Of a stretch of DNA of 38,621 nucleotides, positions 9,248-18,606 are shown in pieces (the first letter of the stretch is position 1; each line of letters starts with the position of its first letter). The stretch is from a virus (lineage: Duplodnaviria; Heunggongvirae; Uroviricota; Caudoviricetes). The DNA lies in the IMG/VR virus record IMGVR_UViG_2851955134_000002. One strand, given 5' to 3'. The notes beneath the pieces were generated by a model. That model worked only from the letters and a program-made list of their open reading frames with translations, had not been told where the DNA came from and ran no database searches. Position numbers and translations under genes: made by a program.

Positions 9248-9559
9248 ATGACAACATCAACCAGGCGGATAAGTTTCTATCTGAAGCCTGCAGCCGTCAA
9301 GAACGAAAGCGAAGCATGCGCCTGGCTGGACAGCCTTACACCAGAAGCCCGCAAAAGCGGCCAGCGTGTGGCTTTTCTGGCCGGGCTGGCACTTCTGAAA
9401 ATGAATCCAGCAGAGGCTTACCGACTGGCTGCATGGGCTGACGATGAGGCGTTATCAGTGACACAAACCAGGACAGAACGCCCCGAGTCACAGCCAGTAC
9501 CAACCGCACAGATAACCAGTCAGATGGCCGGAAATATCCGGGCGTTATTTCCTGAATAA
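9248..9559 (+). CDS. parR: ParR-like partition adaptor
   Basis: 103-aa ORF 4 nt after parM with a GGGAG RBS; N-terminus (RRISFYLKP...ACAWLDSL...RVAFLAGLAL) resembles the ParR DNA-binding region as I recall it; start taken at the internal ATG 9248 rather than the track's 9113. Confidence 0.6.
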   Translation: MTTSTRRISFYLKPAAVKNESEACAWLDSLTPEARKSGQRVAFLAGLALLKMNPAEAYRLAAWADDEALSVTQTRTERPESQPVPTAQITSQMAGNIRALFPE

Positions 9560-9937
9560 CATCAGGGCGTATTCGCCCTGCCACCAATCCCATAACATAA
9601 AGAACGGGGTGCAAATCACTATGCACCCCGTTCCAATACAAACCATCAGAAGATCTACACATCTTTCTCAAATGGCCAAGTAATCGAGCTGGTTCAGGAA
9701 TAAGCATGCTGCCAACACAAGTGAAGGAGATAAAACTGTAGAACTGATCAATCGTTGGAAACAAGTATTGACAATATGTTCGAGTAACCCAACTGGATAG
9801 ATTTTATGCTGATTATCCATACAGTAAAAAAGTGAGGATACTCTTTGAATAACGCCAGCAAGAGTGGTAACATTAGGCACTGATTTTCATCAATGCAGTT
9901 ACCAGCTTACACAAGCTTATGTTTTATTGGGGGTTTT

Positions 9938-11020
9938 ATGGTAAACGTGAGGGAGGATGAACTTTTCAAACTCATCGAGCAAGGCATCAAAGGCAACGCA
10001 AATGCATTTACACTCCTATGCAGAAAGATGATTAACAACATCCGTAAAAATGATGAGGCTTTAGCTTCTAAGCTGGCTTCGTTAATTGCTGAGGGAACAG
10101 TATTACGTGGGGCATCTAGTAAGGCTCCTATGCCTGTGGATGGAGACTCCAGACGAAACCTTTTGCAGGAAACATCTGTCAACGCAATTGTTGAAGAACC
10201 TGTATGGAATACGGATATCTCAAAGAAGCTGGAGTCAATTGTTAACGAAAGAGAGAATGCTGTTTCTTTGTTCAAAGCTGGTCTTGAACCTGTGAAGACG
10301 GTTTTACTTTCTGGCCCGCCAGGCGTAGGCAAAACAATGTCCGCACATTGGCTTGCTGCAAAGTTAAATTTACCTCTTTTAACATTGGATCTCTCATCTG
10401 TAATGAGTTCTCTTTTGGGAAAAACAGGTAATAATATTAAATCCGTTATGGATTATGCCAAAGAGAAACCATGTGTCCTTTTGCTTGATGAATTTGATGC
10501 TGTTGCAAAAAGACGTGATGATGACAGGGACGTTGGAGAATTAAAACGTTTAGTTACTGTACTCCTACAGACCATAGATGAGTGGCCAGCGACCTCGCTT
10601 CTTGTTGCTGCGACTAATCACCCTGATATCTTAGATCCGGCTGTTTGGCGTCGATTTGAGCACATCCTTAAATTTAATATGCCATCAGTAGAACTGATAG
10701 ATAGATATTTAGTCAATCATAATATTGAACCTGAACTATCTAAAAAACTTGCACCATTATTAGATGGCATGTCCTTTGCCATCATTAACCGTATTTTGAA
10801 TTTCTCCAAAAAGAATGAGGTACTTAGAAATATTCCATTTGAAAGCTCATTAATAGAAGCCGTAATTACGGAGAGGGTTTCATTGGATGAATTTAGCGAT
10901 AATGATCTCAATATAATTAAATATCATTTTGACGGTTTTTCAAATAGGAAGATAGCTGAATTAGTTGGTGTTTCACATCCAACAATCGCGAATAAATTAC
11001 AAAAGTGGGGGATTAAATGA
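9938..11020 (+). CDS. AAA+ ATPase with C-terminal helix-turn-helix; first gene of candidate defence pair
   Basis: Walker A (LLSGPPGVGKT), Walker B (VLLLDEFD), sensor-1 (LLVAATN), arginine-finger region (AVWRRFE) and a C-terminal HTH (SNRKIAELVGVSHPTIANKL); AT-rich; start at ATG 9938 (GGGGG upstream) preferred over the track's 9893. Confidence 0.8.
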   Translation: MVNVREDELFKLIEQGIKGNANAFTLLCRKMINNIRKNDEALASKLASLIAEGTVLRGASSKAPMPVDGDSRRNLLQETSVNAIVEEPVWNTDISKKLESIVNERENAVSLFKAGLEPVKTVLLSGPPGVGKTMSAHWLAAKLNLPLLTLDLSSVMSSLLGKTGNNIKSVMDYAKEKPCVLLLDEFDAVAKRRDDDRDVGELKRLVTVLLQTIDEWPATSLLVAATNHPDILDPAVWRRFEHILKFNMPSVELIDRYLVNHNIEPELSKKLAPLLDGMSFAIINRILNFSKKNEVLRNIPFESSLIEAVITERVSLDEFSDNDLNIIKYHFDGFSNRKIAELVGVSHPTIANKLQKWGIK

Positions 11021-13221
11021 TGGAAAGGAACTTACTTTTAGGTAACGGTCATGTTCTGACAAAAAAGGAACCTTTGCCTAAAGGAAGGGATGGTAAGCGC
11101 TATCCCTATACTCTTGAAGAAGTAAGGGAGCATTTAAACCCAGAGATTGATACTTTACTCTCACGCTTTCGCAGTTTGGATGATGCGGCTAAGCCAAGGG
11201 GGGAGAGTGTATTCAATTTAACTTTACACCCAGCGTTTTTGGGTAAAAGCTACTTTCCGGAAGGATTACTTAGAGCGACAGGTTTACGGGATGTCGGTAG
11301 CCGTCAGGTAATCATTCGCCCACGGAAAGCGGCACGTCAGTGCGATCAGAATAAGGACTTAGTAACGGCGCAACTGTTTGTTAGCGGTGATGATGATGCC
11401 GTTATAAGATTTAAGGAAATTTTAAATTCCCCTACAGCTCCGAAGGGCGTACAAAAGGATTTGATCGAAATTGAAAGTGTTAGCTTTTTTGAAGGAAAAG
11501 AGAGAGCACGCAATTTTGAGCATGCGAAAAGTGATTTGATAAAATTTGAAGTGGTTCTTCATGCTGGGGTTGAAGACGATGATATCGTTAAAGCCTATAT
11601 TAGCTATGCGGCACAATATGGTGTCTCTGTTGATTACAAAAGTAGAATCCAAGTTGGTGGACTGACTTTCATCGTTGCACACGCGCGACCTGAAGATATG
11701 AAAAAAACACTCGATTTTTCATTAATCCGCGTTGTGCGGCCGATGCCGTCTCTCAGGTGTACTCAGCCGAACATTGTCAGAAAGTTATCTAATATAGTTA
11801 CACCGGAGCTCCCTAATTCTAAAGCTGTTCTTGAATCCGAACGTATTGCCATTTTTGATGGTGGCTTGGGGACAGCTGACTTGAGTAATTGGGTTACGGA
11901 ATACGTGTATCCAGACACCAAAGAAACAAGCGGATTATTATTGCAGCACGGTAATGAAGTAACATCCACTTTCTTATTCGGACGTGTCGAGGAAAATGCA
12001 CCTTCTTTTAAAAGACCGTTTATGAATGTAGATCATTATAGAGTTCTTTCACCGACATCAGGTGACAATGGCAATTGGGATTTATTTGATGTCCTTAAGA
12101 AAATACAGTCCGTTCTTGATAGTGGTGACTATAAGTTCGCTAATCTAAGTATTGGTCCTCATCTTCCAATTGGTGATGATGAGGTTCATGTATGGACTGC
12201 TGTTTTAGACCAAATCTGTGCTAAGCATGGGATATTACTTACTGTTGCTGTTGGGAATGATGGCAATGAGGACGGTGATGCAGCGAGAATACAACCTCCT
12301 TCCGATATGGTAAACGCGCTAGCGATTGGTGCTGCTGATCGTAGCGGTGAAAAATGGGGGCGGGCACCATATAGCTGTATTGGCCCAGGCAGAAGCCCCG
12401 GATTCGTTAAACCTGATGGTGTTATTTTTGGTGGAAGCGACGACGAGCCTTTTTACACTTACAACCCTCTGCTTGGTTCTATAGTTGGAGTTCAAGGAAC
12501 CAGTTATGCCTCTCCATTAGCATTGAGAACGGCCGCTGGAGTTGCGGCTCTATCAGGAACTCCATTGAACACCATTGCATTGAAAGCGTTGCTTGTTCAT
12601 CATGCTGAAACATCAAGAAAATATTCGCGTGAACATATCGGTTGGGGACGGTTTAGTGAGGATCCTAACGTTTTAATCGATTGTCCAAATGATACTGCTA
12701 CAGTAATTTACTATGGTTCATTAGCAAAAAATAAATATTTAAGGGCACCGATCCCATTCCCTGATGTTCCATTTGACGAAGCATTTGAGCTTACCGCTAC
12801 TTTATGCATTCAAACCCCAGTAGATCCTGAACATTCAGTAAACTATACAAGGGCCGGTATGCAGGTAACTTTCCGCCCAAGATTCGGCCTTGACGATACC
12901 GATACAGATGATTTCTTTGGTCAAAAAAGCCAGTATAAGACTGAAAGGGAGTGTAGGAGTGAAGGTCATAAGTGGGAAACTTGTTTGCACAGAAGCAAAA
13001 AGTTCAGTACTGATACATTATTAAGCGATCCAGTTTTTGATATACGGTATCATGCCCGAGATTCTTCGCGCCATGTTAAGGGAGTTTCAGCCCCTGATAT
13101 GCAATATGCGATGGTAATAAGCGTAAGGGTAAAAGACTTTGATTTATATAATGTTATTCGCCAGCGATATACAATTCTGAATCCTATTCAACTGCGCACA
13201 CAAATTTCTCTCGACACGTAA
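11017..13221 (+). CDS. S8 subtilisin-like serine protease with about 270-aa N-terminal domain of unknown function; second gene of candidate defence pair
   Basis: Subtilase motifs in the canonical D-H-S order (IAIFDGGLG, LQHGNEVTS, oxyanion-hole VAVGNDG, GTSYASP); start overlaps the ATPase stop (ATGA), implying coupled translation. Confidence 0.8.
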   Translation: MMERNLLLGNGHVLTKKEPLPKGRDGKRYPYTLEEVREHLNPEIDTLLSRFRSLDDAAKPRGESVFNLTLHPAFLGKSYFPEGLLRATGLRDVGSRQVIIRPRKAARQCDQNKDLVTAQLFVSGDDDAVIRFKEILNSPTAPKGVQKDLIEIESVSFFEGKERARNFEHAKSDLIKFEVVLHAGVEDDDIVKAYISYAAQYGVSVDYKSRIQVGGLTFIVAHARPEDMKKTLDFSLIRVVRPMPSLRCTQPNIVRKLSNIVTPELPNSKAVLESERIAIFDGGLGTADLSNWVTEYVYPDTKETSGLLLQHGNEVTSTFLFGRVEENAPSFKRPFMNVDHYRVLSPTSGDNGNWDLFDVLKKIQSVLDSGDYKFANLSIGPHLPIGDDEVHVWTAVLDQICAKHGILLTVAVGNDGNEDGDAARIQPPSDMVNALAIGAADRSGEKWGRAPYSCIGPGRSPGFVKPDGVIFGGSDDEPFYTYNPLLGSIVGVQGTSYASPLALRTAAGVAALSGTPLNTIALKALLVHHAETSRKYSREHIGWGRFSEDPNVLIDCPNDTATVIYYGSLAKNKYLRAPIPFPDVPFDEAFELTATLCIQTPVDPEHSVNYTRAGMQVTFRPRFGLDDTDTDDFFGQKSQYKTERECRSEGHKWETCLHRSKKFSTDTLLSDPVFDIRYHARDSSRHVKGVSAPDMQYAMVISVRVKDFDLYNVIRQRYTILNPIQLRTQISLDT

Positions 13222-13228
13222 TTTTTAT

Positions 13229-13250
13229 GGCCGCGAAAGCGGCCTTTTTT
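13229..13250 (+). terminator. Rho-independent terminator after the ATPase/protease operon
   Basis: GGCCGC-GAAA-GCGGCC hairpin followed by TTTTTT, 8 nt after the protease stop. Confidence 0.6.
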
Positions 13251-13673
13251 CTGTAATTTCTTTATGAATTTACATGCACGATAGTGCACAAATTTGCACA
13301 ATTATTTTGAACGACTTTTTGCCCTTCCGGCCCGCGTGGCGGCTGGATCCGTGAAGGATCCGTGCGTGCACAAAAAAACGCGTTTTTGTTGCGCGCCGGT
13401 GCCGGGGGAACAGCCCGCAATTTGGGGCCTGAAAGCATCCCCAGAAATCGCCAGAAATGCGGCTGATTGCGCCCCTGACGCGATGTTTTATTGGTTGTGT
13501 GTGAAGTATGGGCTGATGCATCACACGCCCTGTGATGCGCTTTGGTGCGGCGTGTGCTGACAGGTTATTCAACCTGTAGATCCCTGAGATGCCTGGTGCG
13601 TGACACACCGGAGCTGGTGAGTCGGGGCATAAATTTTTTATGCCCCGGCGAAGCAGCAGACAAGCGGAGCGCG

Positions 13674-14723
13674 TCAGGATGTGGGCGGGGTATCCAGCAG
13701 AGCGTAAGGGTTAAAGCGGATCACCTCCTCGCCCAGCCAGTCATTAACGTGCTTCATCGCCTCCATCACCGGCATCAGTTCATTGATCGCAAACACTCTG
13801 GCCGCCTTCTCCACATCACCAAAAGAACCCTGCCCGCTGGGCATTGCGCCCATCAGTTGCGGTGGTACACGGTGAGCGGCCAGCACATCATCACGTGAGG
13901 CGGTCTTGACGTTCATAAACTCATCCCGGGCGGTGATCTGCTGAAACGGCAGGATCTGCACGCCGTCCTTTCCGCCGTTCGGTGCCTGGAGCAGCAGGTT
14001 TTTGAATGCCCCGCCGCCTCTTGCGCCCTGTAATGCGTTTTCGAGTGCCTGCATGCTTTCGCGGTCAACCTGTGCAGCCCCCACGTAAATGATGCAGCCT
14101 GCGTGTGAACCGTTGTCATAGTAGAGTTTGCGGAAGCGGTCCGCCGAGTGAGACAGACTGGCAGACAGCAGGCCGCCGAGGTATTCCGGCATCCCGTAAA
14201 CTTCCTGGTTGATGTCGGGATTCATGACGTGACAGACGCGCCCCTGACGGAACTCGTGATCCTGCTCCCCCGCCTGCACAAACCAGTACACATCAGGTTC
14301 CACACCTCGGCGGGTGTACTTCGCCAGCGCGTGCCGCAGTTCCAGCTTTCCGCCCAGCCTGTTGGTGCGCAGTTCAAGAAACGCATTCCCGAACACAAAC
14401 CAGTCCAGCGCAAAGGCGGAGAACGCCTGCCGGGACAACAGCCGGTGCGGAATGAAGCAGCCCAGAAGGGCATTCCGCTTGAAGTACAGCGCCGACTGGT
14501 GCCACGAGGTCTGCCGGGATGCCCGCGCCAGTCCGTACCAGTCAACGGGCGTTTCGTAGTATCTGCCGTTACTCAGACAGTATGCGTTATCCAGCAGGTC
14601 GAGTGCGTGCGCATCGTAAGGGCCGTCGAACGAGAAGGCGCTTAACGACGGCTGGCGGCGCAGTGCCTCTGCCAGCGCCACGCCGTCATCGCGGCGCGAA
14701 TATTTTCGTTTTTGTTTTTTCAT
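13674..14723 (-). CDS. Q: Portal protein (P2 gpQ-like)
   Basis: 349 aa, ATG start; length and position (next to the terminase gene, facing the cos region) match P2 Q. Confidence 0.85.
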   Translation of the reverse strand: MKKQKRKYSRRDDGVALAEALRRQPSLSAFSFDGPYDAHALDLLDNAYCLSNGRYYETPVDWYGLARASRQTSWHQSALYFKRNALLGCFIPHRLLSRQAFSAFALDWFVFGNAFLELRTNRLGGKLELRHALAKYTRRGVEPDVYWFVQAGEQDHEFRQGRVCHVMNPDINQEVYGMPEYLGGLLSASLSHSADRFRKLYYDNGSHAGCIIYVGAAQVDRESMQALENALQGARGGGAFKNLLLQAPNGGKDGVQILPFQQITARDEFMNVKTASRDDVLAAHRVPPQLMGAMPSGQGSFGDVEKAARVFAINELMPVMEAMKHVNDWLGEEVIRFNPYALLDTPPTS

Positions 14724-16477
14724 CAGAACTCAATCACCCGCATTCCTGTAGCACCGTCCTCATCGCCCAGCGGCTCGTTAATGACGGCAAGCATGGTTGC
14801 CCACGCGAGGTCGCCGTGGTTCACGCCGCGTGTGCGGTCTGTTTCATACGTTATTGCCCCACCCGCCGTTTTTGCCTTGCGCACAGCGTTGAATGCCCTG
14901 ACCAGCTCACGTTCGCCCCGGTCATACTCCCAGCGCCCCGCACGAATAATCTGCAACATCTTCAGCACAAGCGCGCGTTTGGATGCCAGTGTGAACGTGT
15001 ACGGCACGGCGGCAGGCCAGAACCGCCGCACTATCTGGTACACCGCCTCACCGTTACCGCCGGTCACGTCGATACCAATGTGCTGGACGTTGTATTTGTG
15101 CGTGAACTGCTCAATCACACGGGCCTGCTCTTCAAATTCCAGCCCCTGCACCTGTAACGTCTCCACCGTGCGGAATTTGCCGCCCCTGACAGCAGGCGGA
15201 ACAACAACAGACAGCGCCCCGCTGTCGCCGTTACCGCTGCTGCCGTTAGCGTCGTAGCCAATCCACACCGGACGATTACCCACCGGACGTGCTGCGAACG
15301 GTTTCCAGTCATTCCACTCATCATAGCCGTCCACACCACAGCCCAGCAGGGCATTAAGGTCGAAGGCGGATTCGCCGTCGCTGACAAACTCGCACATGTA
15401 GAGATTGCGGAACTCATCCGGCGAGTTCATGTTGCGGATTTTGTCGATACTGGTGAGCGTCCAGCCCAGGTCCACCGCATCCTGAATCGTCACGATTTGT
15501 CGCCACGCGCTGTCGGGGCACAGCACCCCACTCTTCAGAGCATGATGGGACACATCAATCTCCCGGCGCTCACTGCGTGGTCGCCCGGCATTCCACCGCG
15601 CGCCGTTCCAGAACTGAAACGCCTCGTGCATCTCCGATGACGGCGTGGAAAAGTAGGTCTGCGTCAGGCCATTCAGCGTGGCCATCGCGCCTGCGACCTT
15701 GCGCAGCGTGATGAAGTTCGACACCCAGAAAAATTCGTCAAAATACAGATTGCCCGTATAGGACTGCGCAGTCGCGGCGGATGTCCCCAGAAAATGCAGT
15801 TCCGCGCCGTTAGAAAGCACAATTTTGTCACCGCCTTTCAGCTCGACGTCCACAGCCTGTGCCGCCTTCTGAATCACGCTTTTAAACTGAAAGGCCTGAC
15901 GGCGTGAGGCTGACAAAAAAATCTGGTTTCGCTGGTACGGATATTTCACGCTCTCATCCAGCGCACGCAGCAGTGCCTCCTGCGCAAAATACCAGGTCGC
16001 GCCTATCTGTCGGGATTTCACAATGATGCGAATATCAACACCGGCACGACGGCAGACGTCCAGTGCCTCATACCAGCGTCTCTGATGCTCTGCCAGTTGA
16101 CCGGTGATGTGTTCGCGCAGTGCGGCAACCTGCGATTCGGAAAAATGGTTTTTCAGCTTTCGTTTTCGCGGGCTTTTTTCCGCTCCGCCCCTGTTGTCAT
16201 TCAGTTTTGCGAGCTGGCGTGTCAGCAGGTCGATTTCCTTAAAATCACCGCCGCTCTTTTCAGCTTTTGAGGTCAGCTGAACCAGTCGCGCATCAATCGA
16301 CTGCGTGACCCGCTCCACGGGCGGCGTTTCATCCCATCCGTCGCGCTTTTTCCACGAATAAATCGTGTTCTGACTGATACCCATCAGCCGCGATATTTCA
16401 GCGGGCGGGTAGCCCTGCCAGTAAAGCTGTTTTGCCCGCAGCCTGATGAATGCGTCCTGAATCATGCCGTCTGTCAC
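14723..16477 (-). CDS. P: Terminase large subunit (P2 gpP-like)
   Basis: 584 aa; its stop overlaps the Q start; divergent from O as in P2. Start is GTG at 16477 or ATG at 16465. Confidence 0.85.
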   Translation of the reverse strand: MTDGMIQDAFIRLRAKQLYWQGYPPAEISRLMGISQNTIYSWKKRDGWDETPPVERVTQSIDARLVQLTSKAEKSGGDFKEIDLLTRQLAKLNDNRGGAEKSPRKRKLKNHFSESQVAALREHITGQLAEHQRRWYEALDVCRRAGVDIRIIVKSRQIGATWYFAQEALLRALDESVKYPYQRNQIFLSASRRQAFQFKSVIQKAAQAVDVELKGGDKIVLSNGAELHFLGTSAATAQSYTGNLYFDEFFWVSNFITLRKVAGAMATLNGLTQTYFSTPSSEMHEAFQFWNGARWNAGRPRSERREIDVSHHALKSGVLCPDSAWRQIVTIQDAVDLGWTLTSIDKIRNMNSPDEFRNLYMCEFVSDGESAFDLNALLGCGVDGYDEWNDWKPFAARPVGNRPVWIGYDANGSSGNGDSGALSVVVPPAVRGGKFRTVETLQVQGLEFEEQARVIEQFTHKYNVQHIGIDVTGGNGEAVYQIVRRFWPAAVPYTFTLASKRALVLKMLQIIRAGRWEYDRGERELVRAFNAVRKAKTAGGAITYETDRTRGVNHGDLAWATMLAVINEPLGDEDGATGMRVIEF

Positions 16478-16530
16478 CTCCTGTCATACAGGCTACACGC
16501 GCACGTCCCGTCTGTATTCACACCGCACTT

Positions 16531-16548
16531 TGTCGCAACACTCCGACA
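16531..16548 (+). promoter_or_regulatory. Candidate Ogr-type late-activator site (TGT-N12-ACA) in the P/O divergent promoter region
   Basis: TGTcgcaacactccgACA fits the TGT-N12-ACA dyad recalled for P2 late promoters; it lies about 77 bp upstream of the O start. Confidence 0.4.
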
Positions 16549-16616
16549 ACACCACCGCGTTGAGCGCGGGCCACAGGGCGCGTCATCATGAGCACAACGA
16601 TATTCGAGGAGGCCGT

Positions 16617-17486
16617 ATGGCAGACAAGAAACCTGAACGAAAAAAATTCCGCGTGGCCGTTTCCGGTACGACCTCAGACGGGCGCGAAATCTGTGGCGAT
16701 ATGCTGAAAGCTGCCGCTGCCAGTTATGACCCGTCCGTCTACGGTGCACGTGTGAACGTGGAGCACATCCTTTCACCGCATCCGGACAGCGCCTTCGCGG
16801 CGATGGGGGATGTGGTGGCACTGAGCGCAGAGAACATCACTGACGGGCCGCTGGCGGGGCGCACGGCGCTGTATGCCGAAATTGAACCGACTGAGCGCAT
16901 GAAAAAACTGCTGGATGACGGCAAAAAGATTTATGCCAGCGTCGAGCTTTACCCGCAGTCATTCATCACGGGCGGTCCGTATCTTCAGGGACTGGCGATG
17001 ACCGACACCCCGGCAAGTCTTGGCACTGAGCGTCTGCAGTTTGCCGCACAACAGCGCGCGCAGGTGATGGCGTTTAACAATCAGCAGTGCGAGCCGCCGC
17101 TGTTCACCGATGCCATTGAGGCTGAAATTATCGCCCTGAACCAGCGCCAGAACGACGAAGGCGTTCAGTGGTTCGCGCGTGTCATGAACCTTATCAGCGG
17201 CGGGCGTAAAACGGACAGCGAACAGTTCAGCCAGATGCGTGATGTCGTTGAGCGCGTGGCCTCTGCGCACGCTGACCTGCTTGACCGTTTCAACGCACAG
17301 GAACGCCAGCGCGACGAAGACCGCGCACAAGTCACCCGCCTGACCCGCGAACTGACCACGCTGCGTACACAGTTGCAGGCACAGGACGGCGACCCGCATC
17401 AGCGCTTCTCCGCAACGGGCACTGACGCACCTGCTCACCCTGGCGTAACCGGCGGCGGTATTGCTTACACCGCCTGTGATTTCTGA
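16617..17486 (+). CDS. O: Capsid scaffold protein (P2 gpO-like)
   Basis: Start taken at the ATG with AGGAGG RBS (MADKKPERKKFRV...), giving 289 aa, close to P2 O; the track ORF extends upstream on a non-ATG codon. Confidence 0.8.
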   Translation: MADKKPERKKFRVAVSGTTSDGREICGDMLKAAAASYDPSVYGARVNVEHILSPHPDSAFAAMGDVVALSAENITDGPLAGRTALYAEIEPTERMKKLLDDGKKIYASVELYPQSFITGGPYLQGLAMTDTPASLGTERLQFAAQQRAQVMAFNNQQCEPPLFTDAIEAEIIALNQRQNDEGVQWFARVMNLISGGRKTDSEQFSQMRDVVERVASAHADLLDRFNAQERQRDEDRAQVTRLTRELTTLRTQLQAQDGDPHQRFSATGTDAPAHPGVTGGGIAYTACDF

Positions 17487-17495
17487 GGATTAACC

Positions 17496-18557
17496 ATGAA
17501 CCTGACTCTTTCATCCACCACCCGTGGCGCCCTGGCGATGTATATGCAGCAGCAGGCGGGCATGAACAATGTTTCTCCTGCTGCGCTTGCCCAGCGTTTT
17601 AACGTTCAGCCCGCCGTGCAGCAGCGCATGGAAAACGCCATTCAGCTGAGCGACGAGCTGCTGCAAAAAATCAACGTCATCGGTGTGACCGACCAGAAAG
17701 GCGAAAAAGTCCTGATCGGCATCAACGGTCCGTCCGCCAGTGTGAACACCAGTACAAGCGAGCGCCGCGAGCCGGCATCACTCCACGAGCTGACGGCACG
17801 CCAGTACGCCTGCGAGCAAATCAACTACGACACGTTCATCAGCTACGCGCAACTGGACGCGTGGTCCGCACACCCGGATTTTCAGGCACGGGTCAGCGCG
17901 CAGATTGCCCGCCGTATCGCCCTTGACCGCATCATGATTGGTTTCAACGGCACGTCCCGCGCCGTGAAGTCCGACCGCAGCAGTAATCCGCTGTTGCAGG
18001 ACTGCGCCGTGGGCTGGCTGGAAAGCATCCGCCAGAATGCAGCCCAGCGCGTGATGTCTGATGTCACCATTACGGCACGCGATATGAACAACGCCGTCAC
18101 CCACAAAGGCAAGTACAACAACCCGGACGCTCTGGTACAGGATGCGCGCTCATCCCTGCTGGACGAGTGGTACAAGGATTCATCCGACCTTGTGGTGATG
18201 ATGGGACGCGACCTGTTCAACACGCTGCGCCTGCCGCTCATTAACGCCATGAGTGCCGCCGCGCCGAACACGGAACTGATGGCCGGTCAGTTGATCACCT
18301 CCTCACGCCTGATTGGTGGTCTGCCGGTATATCTCGCGCCGTTCTTCCCGGCAGATGCGCTGCTCATCACCTCGTTCGACAACCTGTCCGTCTACTACCA
18401 GGTGGGGGCATTACGTCGTCTGATGCGTGAAGAGCCGGACTACAACCGCATCGCAACCTATCAGTCCTCCAATGATGCCTGGGTGGTGGAAGACTTCGGC
18501 AAGTGCGCCCTTATCACGGGGCTGAAACTGGCTGATGAAAGTAATCACGAAGACTGA
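17496..18557 (+). CDS. N: Major capsid protein (P2 gpN-like)
   Basis: 353 aa, directly after O; size and position match P2 N. Confidence 0.85.
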   Translation: MNLTLSSTTRGALAMYMQQQAGMNNVSPAALAQRFNVQPAVQQRMENAIQLSDELLQKINVIGVTDQKGEKVLIGINGPSASVNTSTSERREPASLHELTARQYACEQINYDTFISYAQLDAWSAHPDFQARVSAQIARRIALDRIMIGFNGTSRAVKSDRSSNPLLQDCAVGWLESIRQNAAQRVMSDVTITARDMNNAVTHKGKYNNPDALVQDARSSLLDEWYKDSSDLVVMMGRDLFNTLRLPLINAMSAAAPNTELMAGQLITSSRLIGGLPVYLAPFFPADALLITSFDNLSVYYQVGALRRLMREEPDYNRIATYQSSNDAWVVEDFGKCALITGLKLADESNHED

Positions 18558-18606
18558 TTTATCTGAACCACGGGCGGGTGCTGACCGCCCGTAAGAGGAG
18601 AGAACA

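Noticed and set aside
13270-13898. Track ORFs 13270-13608 (-), 13294-13560 (+) and 13542-13898 (+) in the gap between the protease terminator and the portal gene
   Set aside because: They overlap each other, lack RBSs and have odd composition; this interval is where the P2-family cos site is expected. I could not pinpoint the cos sequence itself.
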